Positions 40,043 to 52,949 of a stretch of 64,000 nt of DNA are shown here, in pieces; within the stretch, counting starts at the first letter, position 1, and every line of letters starts with the position of its first letter. The stretch is from Octopus sinensis. Lineage: Eukaryota. The DNA lies in assembly GCF_006345805.1 (NCBI RefSeq), contig NC_042999.1, positions 78,182,001 to 78,246,000 on the forward strand. The letters run 5' to 3'. The translations under genes and the position numbers were made by a program. The notes under the pieces were generated by a model. That model was not told the origin of the DNA. It was given only the letters and a program-made list of their open reading frames with translations, and made no database searches.

Positions 40043-40887
40043 AAGTGTGTGTGTGTAGGTATATATATATATAGAGAGAGAGAGAGCCGGGGACAGACAG
40101 ACAGAGATTACATGTTCTCATATACACACATGTATTTAACCTAGAGTGGCAGTAGACATTCTGTCCTGAAATAAGTAATGTGATTACACAAAATGCAATA
40201 AATATGAGGCTTTATTCCTGTTTGAGAATCTGTTCTTTTTCAGTCTCAAGTTAATTCTGATAATACCTTACATTATTTATATTAAAATCGTAGCTATTAA
40301 TTTGTAATTATTCATATTCTTAGGATTAATTCTTATTAAAAAGATCAAAACAAAGTGTGATGCATTGCTACGTTAGGCAATAGTTGAATAGTCTGTCTGC
40401 TAGAAGCTTAGTGAGCTATAAATTATCTGGAAATCTAAAATGCTATCTGTGGAGGTAAAGTATAGAAGGTTTGATTAACACAAGATGATTGTTATAACCT
40501 GATTTAACAATATTTTAAGTGTTCAAGCATGTGGAATCAGCAATGTGGGCATCCAAAAATGTAGTGGATACAAGTTCAAGCCCATTAGTTGGTCTGCTCC
40601 TGCTATGTCCCAGGTTAGTGTTTATAATGTGCTATGTCATATATAGATATGTATGTGTGTAACTTAAAAACAAAAATGAGCTGAGAGAAATAACTCAAGG
40701 TGGCATGTAGTTTAATAATATAGGCAAATACAAGTACATCAAATGCAATACAACATAAATTCCCAATTTATTAAAATTATCCTTGCCTCTGAAGGGTGTA
40801 TCATAATTACCAAATAGCAATTACGATCAGTTCCATATGAGGAAGGGAGATAATCTCAAGAATTTTCCAAAGTTGACATGCCATTAA

Positions 40888-41106
40888 CCCTTTCACTACC
40901 AACCCGGCTGAAACCGGCTCTGGCTCTAAGTACAAATGTCTAATTTTCATAAGTTTGGGATTAAAATCTTCTACCAAACTTAGACACAATTTATGTTCCT
41001 AACACTAGTTGAATGATCACTAAGTTATTTTACTAAATTCTTGGTTATATTTAAGGTAATTGAAAGAAAAACAGAGCATCTCAAAATAAATACAGTAATG
41101 AAAGGG
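40888..41106. mobile_element. piggyBac-type MITE
   Basis: TTAA|CCCTTTCACTAC ... GTAATGAAAGGG|TTAA: TTAA TSD and 12-bp TIR with 1 mismatch. Confidence 0.85.
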
Positions 41107-41134
41107 TTAAGGAAAAGTCTGGAGATATAAAGAC

Positions 41135-41180
41135 AGTCATGGGCATGTGTTTCTGCTTCAATGGCCATCATTAGCATAAC
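41135..41180 (-). ncRNA. Degenerate hammerhead motif, same family as 36130
   Basis: Minus strand GTTATG-CTAATGA-TGGCCATTGAAGCA-GAAA-CACATGCC-CATGAC; core and cleavage triplet are mutated. Confidence 0.5.
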
Positions 41181-41513
41181 ACTTGTCTTACCCTAATCTC
41201 CAGCAGCTTCTCTTCCTCTTTCTTCTGAAGGAAAAATTCAGCAATTCAAAGCCTAACGCTTGAGTTTATAGTGATTTTGTGTTTATGTGTTCATAATGTT
41301 TTCTACTTGTTTGATATGTATTAACACATTAGCATACACACCTATTTGTGTAATACATATTGCATTGACTAGTCACTGAACTTTTAAAACTGCCATAAAG
41401 AACTATTTAGGACTACTTTTGCTTTGATTACTATGTTTATTGTTTATATAGCATCTTTCTTTTATAACTGATATAAAGGATGTAATGTTAAGTATTTGTT
41501 CATCTTTTGTCTC

Positions 41514-41557
<44 letters not shown>

Positions 41558-41840
41558 GATACAGACACTGTAAAAATCGTGTGTATCCCAGATTTTAGAA
41601 TAGATACACAGCATCCTTGTATGTTGTTAGAGGCACTTAATGGGATTGGAATCAGGAAGGACATTCAGCTGTAAAACTGCCTCAAAAAGTCCCATCCAAT
41701 TAATACCAGCATAGAAAAGCAAGCATAAAAATGATACTGATAATAGTGAAGATGATGATATATCTTTGTGTGTGTGCATGTATGTATGTATGTATGTATG
41801 TATGTATGTATGTATGTATGTATGTATGTATGTATGTATG

Positions 41841-41876
<36 letters not shown>

Positions 41877-42826
41877 TATATATGTGTGTGTGTGTGTATA
41901 TATATATTTGCATGTGTATATATATGTATGTGTATATGTGTGTGTCTGCCTATTATGTGGGGGTGGGGGAAACAGAAGATTGGAAAAGAATTAAATTGAA
42001 ATAGAGAGATTTAACTTTTACGTGCTCTTAATACTAATGATAGGTATGTTGATGTATAGTTTCAATGCTGAAATGAAAAGACTAAGAAAAACATGACTTT
42101 CTGTTGGCATTGATAGTAGTAATAGTGGTGATACACATGTAGGTGGTGGTGGCAGTGATGGTTTCTTTTCTGCTAAAGGTATCAAGTTAGCAAGTCTAAT
42201 TATAGCTGACTCAAACAATTTTACACTGTGTTCTATGGTGGCCAGATTTGATTGGTTTGAATGGTAAAGAGTTAAGTAAAGTATTAATCCTAAATATATG
42301 TCAGAAAACTAGTTTTTTTTTTTGAACTGTTGAAAGATAATTTGCTTAATCCTTTTGTTTTTCAGATATTTTCAAATGAATTTATGCCATTTCTTTTACA
42401 TAGCTATGGGCATAGCATTGTGGTTAAGAGGTTCATTTTGGACCTCTGTGCTTCCCAATTTGATCCTGCTGTACGGTGCACATGCCTTCTACTCTATGTG
42501 ACATTAGGTTGCTCAGTTCTTTGTGAGTTGAATTTAGTAGATACAAACTGTGTAAAAGCTCATAACACACACACACTCATATATATTTATGAATATCACA
42601 TGATGTTAAAGTTGGGAATACACGCACACTCACACAGAATTGGGCTTCTTTCAGTTTCTGCCTATCTCATAAGACTTTGGTTGGCCTGGAGCTATAATAG
42701 TAAACACTTGTTCAGGATATCACACTGCAGGACTGAACTTGATACCACATAGGTGGGAAGCAAACCTCTTAAGCACATGCTCATTCCTACACTTGTTCAT
42801 GTGTATGTATACACACACACACATAC

Positions 42827-44340
42827 TGTTGTAATTTAATTTGTTATGTACAATAAATAAAATAACCAGACAACAGTAAAAACAATGTAACAAACTAACA
42901 AATCTCTTTATGAACCAGCAATCAATATTCCTTGTGAACTAACCAACCAACATCTTCTGACTTCACTTGACTCCCAAACTCTGAACCTCACTCAGATTGT
43001 TACTATTTATACTTTACTCAGATCCATCTATCTCTTGCAAGGGGGCATCATAACTCTCATCACAACATCTCCCCTTTTGAGATTTCAACTACTGTGAGAA
43101 AGTGGAATTTCTTTTTTTTTTTCTTTCCAACACCTCTCCCTCATTTTTTTAGCTGTTATATCTTAATTCTTGCCCAACTTTTAAGGTAGTATTGTTTGTT
43201 ACAACATACCACTTTTGTTAGCATTTGCTTTTTGTTGTACTAAGCACTCTTGTTCTTTTTTTTTATACATTCAGTCAGAGCTGCCCATTTTGCATAATCC
43301 TCTTTTTCAAAGGTTCTGTTTTTTTTCAATCTGTCTGACCCATCATCCACTTGCTTTATTGCTGCAAAAGGCAGTTTCCTATTAGGCTTGAACACATGTA
43401 TAATGTTATCATCTAATTCAGAACACACTTTAGTCTTTGTGTATAGACCTAGTTTGTCCAAGAATACTTGCAGAAACATTTAAAAAAAATTTTCTCTTTA
43501 ACTCTTCACATGAATTATTTTTTAGGACAATCTTTTTACATTTTTACAATAGAGATATATGGGGAGATCATATAAATTGAATAATTCTAATCAATCTGTA
43601 CCGAACAGATCAGTTGCATGTTTTCCTTCAAAATGTAACATTAGTTCACATTTCATCTATGAAATGTAATTTGTCACCCACCACACTATGAACAGATTTC
43701 GCTGTTTTCCTCAACACAAGTTTTTTTATTTTCTTCTAAGTGTCCATATTTATTATAGAAATATCAATTCCAGTAACCAATTGAAGTTTAATATGTATTC
43801 CATTTATTTTTACGTGTACGAATTTTCTTATTTGGGAGTTGATTTTTATTTCTGCTGAGAGCACTCTAGGATTTTTAATGCTTGACTTTCATAATTTTGT
43901 TCTGCAGTGTGATCTCTTGTGACCAATTCTTTTGCAACTGTAACATTTTTGATTTTAAAATGGACAGTCTTATCCATAACACAGATTAGAATGTGGCACA
44001 CTTTTTTGGTTGTACTATTCCGGTCGGCATATCTGGATTTTTGAGGAATCCTTTTCTTGAATTTTTCCTACATCGTGTTTCAGGTTTACCATCCTTTGGC
44101 ATTTTTTTGCCATAGACTGTAAGATTAGATCTTGGCTTGCTTGTTCCAATTTAGAAAGAATTCTTGCCTGAATTTCCGTATCTTTGCTTGCTGTAAGGCC
44201 TTATACGAAAATAAGACACTTGAACATCTTAGGTGTAAGTTCTTTGTGTTTAAAACTTTCATTCATCCTGATGACTGTTCCTGCATATGTGATAAAATCA
44301 TCATTCACTTTTTCATTATATTCCAACACTTCATTCAAGT
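42827..44340 (-). mobile_element. Gypsy (Mag-like) LTR retrotransposon remnant with 3' LTR at 42827-43067
   Basis: TGTTG...CAACA LTR preceded on the minus strand by PPT AAAAGGGGAGA. The internal part encodes degraded gag/protease/RT start (VFKPNRKLPFAAIKQVD..YAKWAA..KKKN) similar to the 60-63.7 kb element. Confidence 0.75.
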
Positions 44341-44354
44341 AGCCCCAAGTAGTT

Positions 44355-44610
44355 CCCATGCTGGTGGCACGTAAAAAGTACTATCCGAATGTGATCCATG
44401 CCAGGCCCGCCTGACTGGCTCTTGTACTAGTGGCGCATAAAAAGTACCCACTACACTCTCGGAGTGGTTGGCATTAGGAAGGGCATCCAGATCAGATTGG
44501 AGCTTGGTGCAGCCTCTTGGCTTGCCAGTTCTCAGTCAAACCACCCAACCCATGCCAGCATGGAAAGCAGACATCAAACGATGACAATGATGCTGATGAT
44601 GATGATGATG
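44355..44610 (+). mobile_element. RTE 3'-end fragment
   Basis: Conserved RTE 3' UTR and (ATG)n tail running into (TA)n. Confidence 0.8.
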
Positions 44611-44621
44611 ATATATATATA

Positions 44622-44680
<59 letters not shown>

Positions 44681-44685
<5 letters not shown>

Positions 44686-45205
44686 TATAAATATACTTAT
44701 AATTAAGGGTACTGAGAACAGCACCAACATGCTAGAAAAAACAGAAGTCAAAATGACTCTAAAACCACATTGTGCACTTCTTTAGCATTGGTGAAAAGCA
44801 AGCACATGATGAGATGGACAATTGGATTGGCCTCATATATACGTGTGAATATATGTATGTATTTGTATGGGTACATATATATATTTTGGTAATATTTCTA
44901 CTGATGGAAGTAGAGTATTTTATTACTAAATCAGAAATTGTTTGATCTAGAGTTAACCACTAAAAATTTGCTAAATCTTTTTTGTTCATTCCCTCACTTT
45001 TCACTAGAGCTAAAAGAGTGTGCGATGTGGTTTTAGTGTCATTTTGACTTCTATTTCTAGCATGTTGATGCTGTTCTCAGTACCCTTAATTATAATTGTA
45101 TTTATATAATTAAATATCTATATTAATTCTTACCTATATGGTTTTTATTACATACTGACCATTGATATGATCATTATTTTTATAATGATTTTATCCTTAT
45201 TTATT
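44681..45205 (+). mobile_element. Solo PLE-like pseudo-LTR with inverted partial copy and degenerate hammerhead
   Basis: ~105-bp inverted arms 44681-44786 / 45009-45111; internal TCTA-CTGATGG..GAAA-TTGTTTG-ATC-TAGA at 44897-44951; located in TA/TG microsatellite. Confidence 0.6.
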
Positions 45206-45227
45206 TATGTATGTATGTGTGTGTGTG

Positions 45228-45265
<38 letters not shown>

Positions 45266-45351
45266 TATTCGAGACAAAACCACTATTTTGCAAAACAAAC
45301 AAGGAAAGACTTAATCAATACATAAATTTTAATAAATAGTCAAAAAAACCG

Positions 45352-45394
45352 CCACTACAATCGTTTCTTGTCTTGATCGACAATCTTCAGGTGG
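45352..45394 (-). ncRNA. Minimal type I hammerhead ribozyme in the 3' pLTR (sense to the PLE ORF)
   Basis: CCAC-CTGAAGA-TTGTC(GATCAA)GACAA-GAAA-CGATT-GTA-GTGG: intact core, 5-bp stem II, 4-bp stem I. Confidence 0.8.
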
Positions 45395-45844
45395 ACTTCC
45401 AATCTAAAAAATCAATATTTTAAAAAATAAAATAATAATTTTAAAATAATTAAAGTATGAATGAAAAAATATAAGTATATAATCCATATATAACCTATCT
45501 ATAATCCATATATAATCAATATATAAACAATATATAAACTAAAAAAACCTATCAACAATTAAATATAAAATATAAAATATAAAATATAAAATATAAAATA
45601 TAAAATATAAAACAAAACAAAAAAAAAATAATAATATAATATTAAACTATATATACACCCATACGCATATACCTAATTATATATAACCATATCTAACTAC
45701 ATACACTAAATCACACACCTATATATATATCCCTATACATACACATAAAAATGTCTAGGCAACTATAAATAAATAAAATAGCTAAATACTTCAACACAAT
45801 ACTTATTCATACTCCCACACACACACACATACAACCCACATTCA

Positions 45845-48800
45845 CGCTCTAGAAAATGGACAGCACTCAAAACTATGAACGGAGAAATAGAATAAATGGA
45901 ATTAAAAATTATATTCACTTGGTAAAACGAACACTACTTAAAAATTATGAATGAAACAATGCAATAAAACAACAGACATCGCAAATAGACACAAATTACT
46001 ACAAATTCCTTATCAAACCTACCATGATAACCAAAACTCATAAAAACATATAATGATAAAATTTCCCTTTACTAAACTCTATAACAAACCTATATAGCAA
46101 TCCCCCTAACCTAAACATTCACACACAAATACACACACGTAAACTACACACCCACGACATATACAAATACCCACACCACTTACACATACCAATACATACA
46201 TATAAACCTCAACATATACTCCAAAACCCACTCAACCCCACACAGACAAATAAACACAAAAATTATGAATGGATTCTTTTATAAAACTACCATGATAAGC
46301 TAAAACTCACAAAACAGAAATGATAAAACCTCCCTTTACTAAACACTAAAACATACTTATATAGCAATTCCTTTAACCAATACATTCACACACAAAACCA
46401 CTCGTAAACCACACACCCATAACAAATACAAACTCCCACCCCACTCACACACACCCACAAGTACATATAAGCCTCAACATATACACCAAACAAAATTACT
46501 TTACCAAGGAACTTAACATATATATAAAAAGTATAACCGCTCTGGAAACGAACATCTCTAAATTAATGAATGGAGAAATGGAAGAAATGGAATTAAAAAT
46601 AAAATTCACGTGGCAAAACGAACACCACTCAAAAATTATGAATGAAACAATATAATAAAACAACCAACATCGAAAAAAGACAAATTACTACGAATTCCCT
46701 AAAAAAAAACCATGATAAACCAAAACTCTTAAAAAACATATAACGATAAAATCTCCCTTTGCTAAACTCTATAACAAACCTATATAGTAATCCCCCAAAC
46801 CTAAACATTCACACACAAACACACACGTAAACCACAGACCCACGACTTATACACATACCTAAACTAACTTATAAACCTCCATATACACCAAAACCCACTC
46901 CCTCCCACAGACAAATTAACTCATACATCCCAAAGCCTAAATAACAAACCCATATACACATTCACACACTAACACACACACACGCAAAACACACACACAC
47001 AACAGATACATATACTCCCTCACATATACGCATATACATACTCACTAAACTCAATATATACAACAATATTTACACACCCACACTCATACAGATAAATAAA
47101 TTATACAACTAAAAACTCGCACACAATCTCATATACATAAACACTCCTATGAAAACAACATTAAATACATCTTAATTAACCAGAATATCAAAAATAACAA
47201 TATGACATAAAGGTAAATAAAATACATACTTACAATTCAGTGTCAAATTATGAAGTGAAATTAAATTCTTAGCCGTTAAAAAATCAAACCAAAATTACGT
47301 TACATAGAAATAACTTATGTAAAAAAGACTAACAAACAACTTGCAGTAACCCAATCCCATTCTCTATGCCTACCTCACTACTACACTATTCCATTCACAA
47401 TTCCAAACAACACTAGTCCACCTCCCGGTTATTCACGTGGCAAAACGAACACCACTCAAAAATTATGAATGAAACAATGTAATAAAACAACCAACATCGA
47501 AAATAGACAAATTACCACGAATTCCCTAAAAAAAAAAAAACCATGATAAACCAAAACTCCTAAAAACATATAACGATAAATCTCCCTTTGCTAAACTCTA
47601 TAACAAACCTATATAGCAATCTCCCTAACCTAAACATTCACACACAAATACACACTCGTAAACCACAGACCCACGACTTATACACATACCTATACTAACT
47701 TATAAACCTCAATATACACCAAAACCCACTCCCTCCCACACAGACAATTAACACATACATCCCAAAACCTAAATAACAAACCCATATACACATTCACACA
47801 CAACACACACACACGCAAAACACACCCACAACAGATACATATACTCCCTCACATATACGCATATACATACTCACTAAACTCGATATATACAACAATATTT
47901 ACACACCCACAACTCATACAGATAAATAAATTATACAACTAAAAACTCGCACACAATCTCATATACATAAACACACCTATGAAAACAACATTAAATACAT
48001 CGTAATTAACCAGAATATCAAAAATAACAATATGACATAAGGATAAATAAAATACATACTTACAATTCAGTGTCAAATTATGAAGTGAAATTAAATTCTT
48101 AGCCGTTAAAAAAATCAAACCAAAATTACGTTACCATAGAAATAACTTATGTAAAAAAAGAATACGCGTCATGGAAAGTAAACGTCATTTAAATTATGAA
48201 TGGAGAAATAGAAAAATGGAACTAAAAACTATATCCACGTGGCAAACCAACACTACTTAAAAAATTTATTATGAATGGATTCTTTAAAAAACTACCATGA
48301 AAAATCATTATATACATCTATGAGCTTTAGCTCACCTTAGCAGCTCTAACAAACAACTTGCAGTAACCCAAACCCATTCTCTATGCCTACCTCACTACTA
48401 CACTATTCCATTCACAATTCCAAGCAACGCTAGTCCACCACCCGGTTATTCACGTGGCAAAACGAACACCACTCAAAAATTATGAATGAAACAATGTAAT
48501 AAAACAACCAACATCGAAAATAGACAAATTACCACGAATTCCCTAAAATAACCATGATAAACCAAAACTCATAAAAACATATAACGATAAAATCTCCCTT
48601 TGCTAAACTCTATAACAAACCTATATAGTAATCCCCCTAAACCTAAACATTCACACACAAATACACACTCGTAAACCACAGACCCACGACTTATACACAT
48701 ACCTATCCTAATTTATAAACCTCAATATACACCAAAACCCACTCCCTCCCCACACAGACAAATAACACAAACATCCCAAAACCTAAATAACAAACCCATA

Positions 48801-49470
48801 TACACATTCACACACAAACCCACACACACACAAAAAACACACACACACACAACAGATACATATACTCCCTCACATATACTCATATATATACTCACTAAAC
48901 TCGATATATACAACAAAGTTACACACCCACACTCATACAGATAAATAAAATATACAACTAAAAACTCACACACAATCTCATATACATAAACACTCCTATG
49001 AAAACAACATTAAATACATCGTAATTAACCAGAATATCAAAATAACAATATGACATAAGGATAAATAAAATACATACTACAAGTCAATTTCAAATAATGA
49101 AGTGAAATTAAATTCTTAGCCGTTAAAAAAACCAAACCAAAATTACGTTACCATAAAATAACTTATGTAAAAAAAAGAGAGAATACGCGCCATGGAAAGT
49201 AAACGTCATTTAAATTATGAATGGAGAAATAGAATAAATGGAACTAAAAACTATATCCACGTAGCAAACCAACACTACGTAAAAAAATTTAAAATGAATG
49301 GATTCTTTAACAAACTACCATGAAAAATCATTATATACATTTATGAGCTTTAGCTCACCCTAGCAGCTCTAACAAACAACCTACAGCAACCCAAACCTAT
49401 TCCCGATTCCTACCTCACTACCACACTAATCAATTCCCAATTCCAAGCAACGCTAGTCCACCACCCGGTT
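45845..49470. repeat. Complex tandem array inside the PLE 3' region (three ~0.8-1.0-kb units plus shorter diverged units)
   Basis: ATTCACGTGGCAAAACGAACACCACTC recurs at ~46604, 47431 and 48448; TCCCTTT(A/G)CTAAAC recurs at ~46064, 46332, 46754, 47584 and 48595. Confidence 0.9.
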
Positions 49471-50629
49471 ACAATTCCCAACTCCACCCATTCATTACAA
49501 TTTCAACGACATTCGCCTCCACACCCTACTCTACTTATAAGCCTCAACATATACACCGGAGATACACTTACACATCCGTGCGGATGGGTGATAGTATACA
49601 TTGAGTGTGGTGATGGGGCTCCTATTACTATACACATTTGTACCTGTATGGTAGTCTCCATGTGTATATTACGCACGGGTATAAATGCAGGGGGTACATG
49701 CGCACGTCATTTGCGTGTACCCCTCACATGTACATATGCATGCTATTTGGGCTCGATATATGCAACAATGTAATCGCGCCTGCATACATGCATATGGGCG
49801 AATTGCACAATCAAAAAACGCACACGTGTGTGTGTGCGTTCCCTGGTTGTGCAATTCACCCATCTGGGTGTGAGTGGGTGTAATCTTATCACTGTGGATG
49901 TCGAGCTTAAAACGTATTTATATAAGTGTGTATAAGGGGGTTGTACGTATTAATTGTGTGCATGTGCTTCACGCACTTGCGTCCATATATGGATGAATAT
50001 ATTGGGATTACTATGTGGGTGTAAATTGGGTATAGAGGGGGGAATTTTGTCATTGTATGGGTGTGGGTTTCATTTGTGATAGTGGTTAGTTGGTGATTTT
50101 TAGTATGTACTGTATATTTGGGTTAGTTATGTATTATTCTAGTGTGTATAATTGTATACATATAATTGGTGTGAATGGGATTACGCCCATTTTTGGGGAT
50201 GTATGTGTTTATTTATCCATGTGCGGCGGGAGTGGCCGTTAGGTGTATATACCGAGGCTCACATGCAATTCCAGGTACATCGAATGAAGTGGGCACTTAT
50301 ATTTGTTATGGGTGTGTGTACTTTATTATAACAGACAATGCCCAATAAAATCTGTCAATTCAACATACCAAATAAAAAAAAAACAAAAAAAAAACAAAGG
50401 GATCTTAAACATTCACACATACATACAAAACTCAATAAAAACACCACTAAATAACACCCATAAACATATAAATATATCCTCCAAAATATATACATTAAAA
50501 ATGAACTAATTAAAACAAAGAAATATAAATAAAGACTAACTATAATTAAAGCCTAGACAACATAACCAAAATATATTATCTAAACTAATTTAAACTAAAC
50601 TAAAGTAACCTAAAAGGGAACTATTATTG

Positions 50630-52337
50630 CTATTTATCATGAAACTTATTATATAGGTAAAGTAACTTATGTCTGCATTTTATTTTGCGCTCCTCGCCAG
50701 TATTAAGTAAATTATCATACTTATAAAATAAAATTTCTTTAAACTCATTAGAGCATAAATAACAACAATTAGCTCCTATAGTATATGATTTAGTTTTACA
50801 AATTATTTCCCAAATTAAACTATAATTAATATTTAGTGATTTAAGACTCCAAATGTACTTACTAAGTCCGGTTGAGTTGATTAAGTTTTTATTTTTAAAA
50901 GAATTCATATGTTGTGCGATTCTTAGTTTTATTTTTGAGGAAGTAGAACCTATATAAACCGCTTTTTTGTAATTATTATTCTTAAAGTTATTATCATGTA
51001 ATGTAACTATACATTTATACACTACATCGTTAATATCACAATTATTATTTAATATACAATTAGATTTATCTCTACATGTACAATTAATATAAGTCTTATC
51101 ATTATTAATATTATTATCAAATAATTTCTTTTTATAAAAATTATTCAGTTTATATTTATTAAATGAAGAAATAATGTTACCAACATTATTAGTGGTAGAG
51201 TAACCAACTCCAAAATTATTAAAAGAGAAAATGTTTCTATATTTACGATTATCTCTAATAAATAGTTCTATAACATCTAAAATCTCTTTAATAATATTCG
51301 TTTTTACTTGATCTCCATAAGGAACTATTAACCAAATTTTATTCTTATTAATCTTATTATTATTATCATTATTATAAATATATTTATAATTCTTTATTTT
51401 ATTAAAATTATTATCAGAATTATATCTATGTACAGCATTTAAGGAATTATTAATATTATTAAATTTATCAATATAAATATTATAATAATTATTAAATTTA
51501 TTTTTATTTATATTATTCTTATTTATATTATTATTATTATATTTATTATTATTATTATTATTCTTATTTATATTTTTATCATTTTTATTATTTTTTTAAA
51601 AAAATCTATTATTTTTACCACTAAACCTAACAAAATTATAATTATTATTAGAAGTATCTCGAAAATTAACAATTAAATCTTTATCACTAATATTATAAAA
51701 TTTAATATTCCTATTATAACCTGCCACCCTAAGGGCCTCATTATAATAATTAGCATGTTTATTAAAAATCTCTATATCATAAGAGAGTAATGAAATACGT
51801 TTACTTATATTATTAATCAACGATTTTTTAATAGAAAATGGGTGATTACTATTAACATTTATATATCTAAGGTTCTCATTAAGTTTATGATATGGTTGTG
51901 TTTTACCTGTAATAAGATTAAAATTAACATCTAAATAATTAACATTATAATTCTCCTTATATATAGTAATACTTAAACCATATCTTTTAAAGAAACTATA
52001 TAGTTTTTTCTTATATACTTCAAGATTCCTATTAGTACAATTCTTTGTAACTAGTAGAAGATCGTCTCTATATAAACCACCCTCTAGCTTAGGATTTTCT
52101 AATTGGAGTTCAGATAAAAGAAAAATACCTACTAAATCAGTAGCCTGTGCAGAATCTGGTGCTCCCATAGGTATATCAAAACAATCTCTAGTATCATTCC
52201 TAGCCCATAATTTATTTTTATATTTAATTAGCGATTTCCTAGCCATTTTAATTACATTAACTTCTTCCCGTGACATACCCGCTTTATTCATTGCGAAAAT
52301 AAGCGCTTTATTAAACACAATTTCATTAATAGAAGAA
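50630..52337 (-). pseudogene. PLE reverse transcriptase + GIY-YIG endonuclease, one frame interrupted by a single TAA (51596-51598)
   Basis: FDIPMGAPDSA..DLVG, GLYRDD, VNYLDVNF, SNHP..IKK; then by manual translation KIWLIVPYGDQVKTNI, GYSTTNNVGNIISSFN, CTCRDKSNCILNNNCDINDVVYKC, VYIGST..KLRIAQH, CYLC..E, KCRH. ORFs 51596-52357 and 50630-51022 are in the same frame. Confidence 0.9.
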
Positions 52338-52906
52338 TATTGCATTGTTTCATTCATAATTTTTAAGTAGTGTTCGTTTTACCAAGTGAATATAATTTTT
52401 AATTCCATTTATTCTATTTCTCCGTTCATAGTTTTGAGTGATGTCCATTTTCTAGAGCGTGAATGTGGGTTGTATGTGTGTGTGTGTGTGGGAGTATGAA
52501 TAAGTATTGTGTTGAAGTATTTAGCTATTTTATTTATTTATAGTTGCCTAGACATTTTTATGTGTATGTATAGGGATATATATATAGGTGTGTGATTTAG
52601 TGTATGTAGTTAGATATGGTTATATATAATTAGGTATATGCGTATGGGTGTATATATAGTTTAATATTATATTATTATTATTTTTTTTTTGTTTTGTTTT
52701 ATATTTTATATTTTATATTTTATATTTTATATTTTATATTTAATTGTTGATAGGTTTTTTTAGTTTATATATTGTTTATATATTGATTATATATGGATTA
52801 TAGATAGGTTATATATGGATTATATACTTATATTTTTTCATTCATACTTTAATTATTTTAAAATTATTATTTTATTTTTTAAAATATTGATTTTTAGATT
52901 GGAAGT

Positions 52907-52949
52907 CCACCTGAAGATTGTCGATCAAGACAAGAAACGATTGTAGTGG
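52907..52949 (+). ncRNA. Minimal type I hammerhead ribozyme in the inverted pLTR
   Basis: Identical motif to 45352-45394 on the opposite strand. Confidence 0.8.

Noticed and set aside
40518-40612. Possible + strand exon ending CCAG|GTTAGT
   Set aside because: Weak acceptor and no recognisable protein similarity in any frame.
49555-50630. Possible SECIS / selenocysteine recoding, as reported for some Naiads
   Set aside because: No in-frame TGA in the retained ORF (the only stop is TAA) and no convincing AUGA..AA..GA SECIS geometry on the sense strand.
52338-52357. ATG start (MNETMQ) of the PLE RT ORF
   Set aside because: Supplied by the inverted pLTR at the truncation junction; the RT N-terminus and the motif A aspartate are missing.
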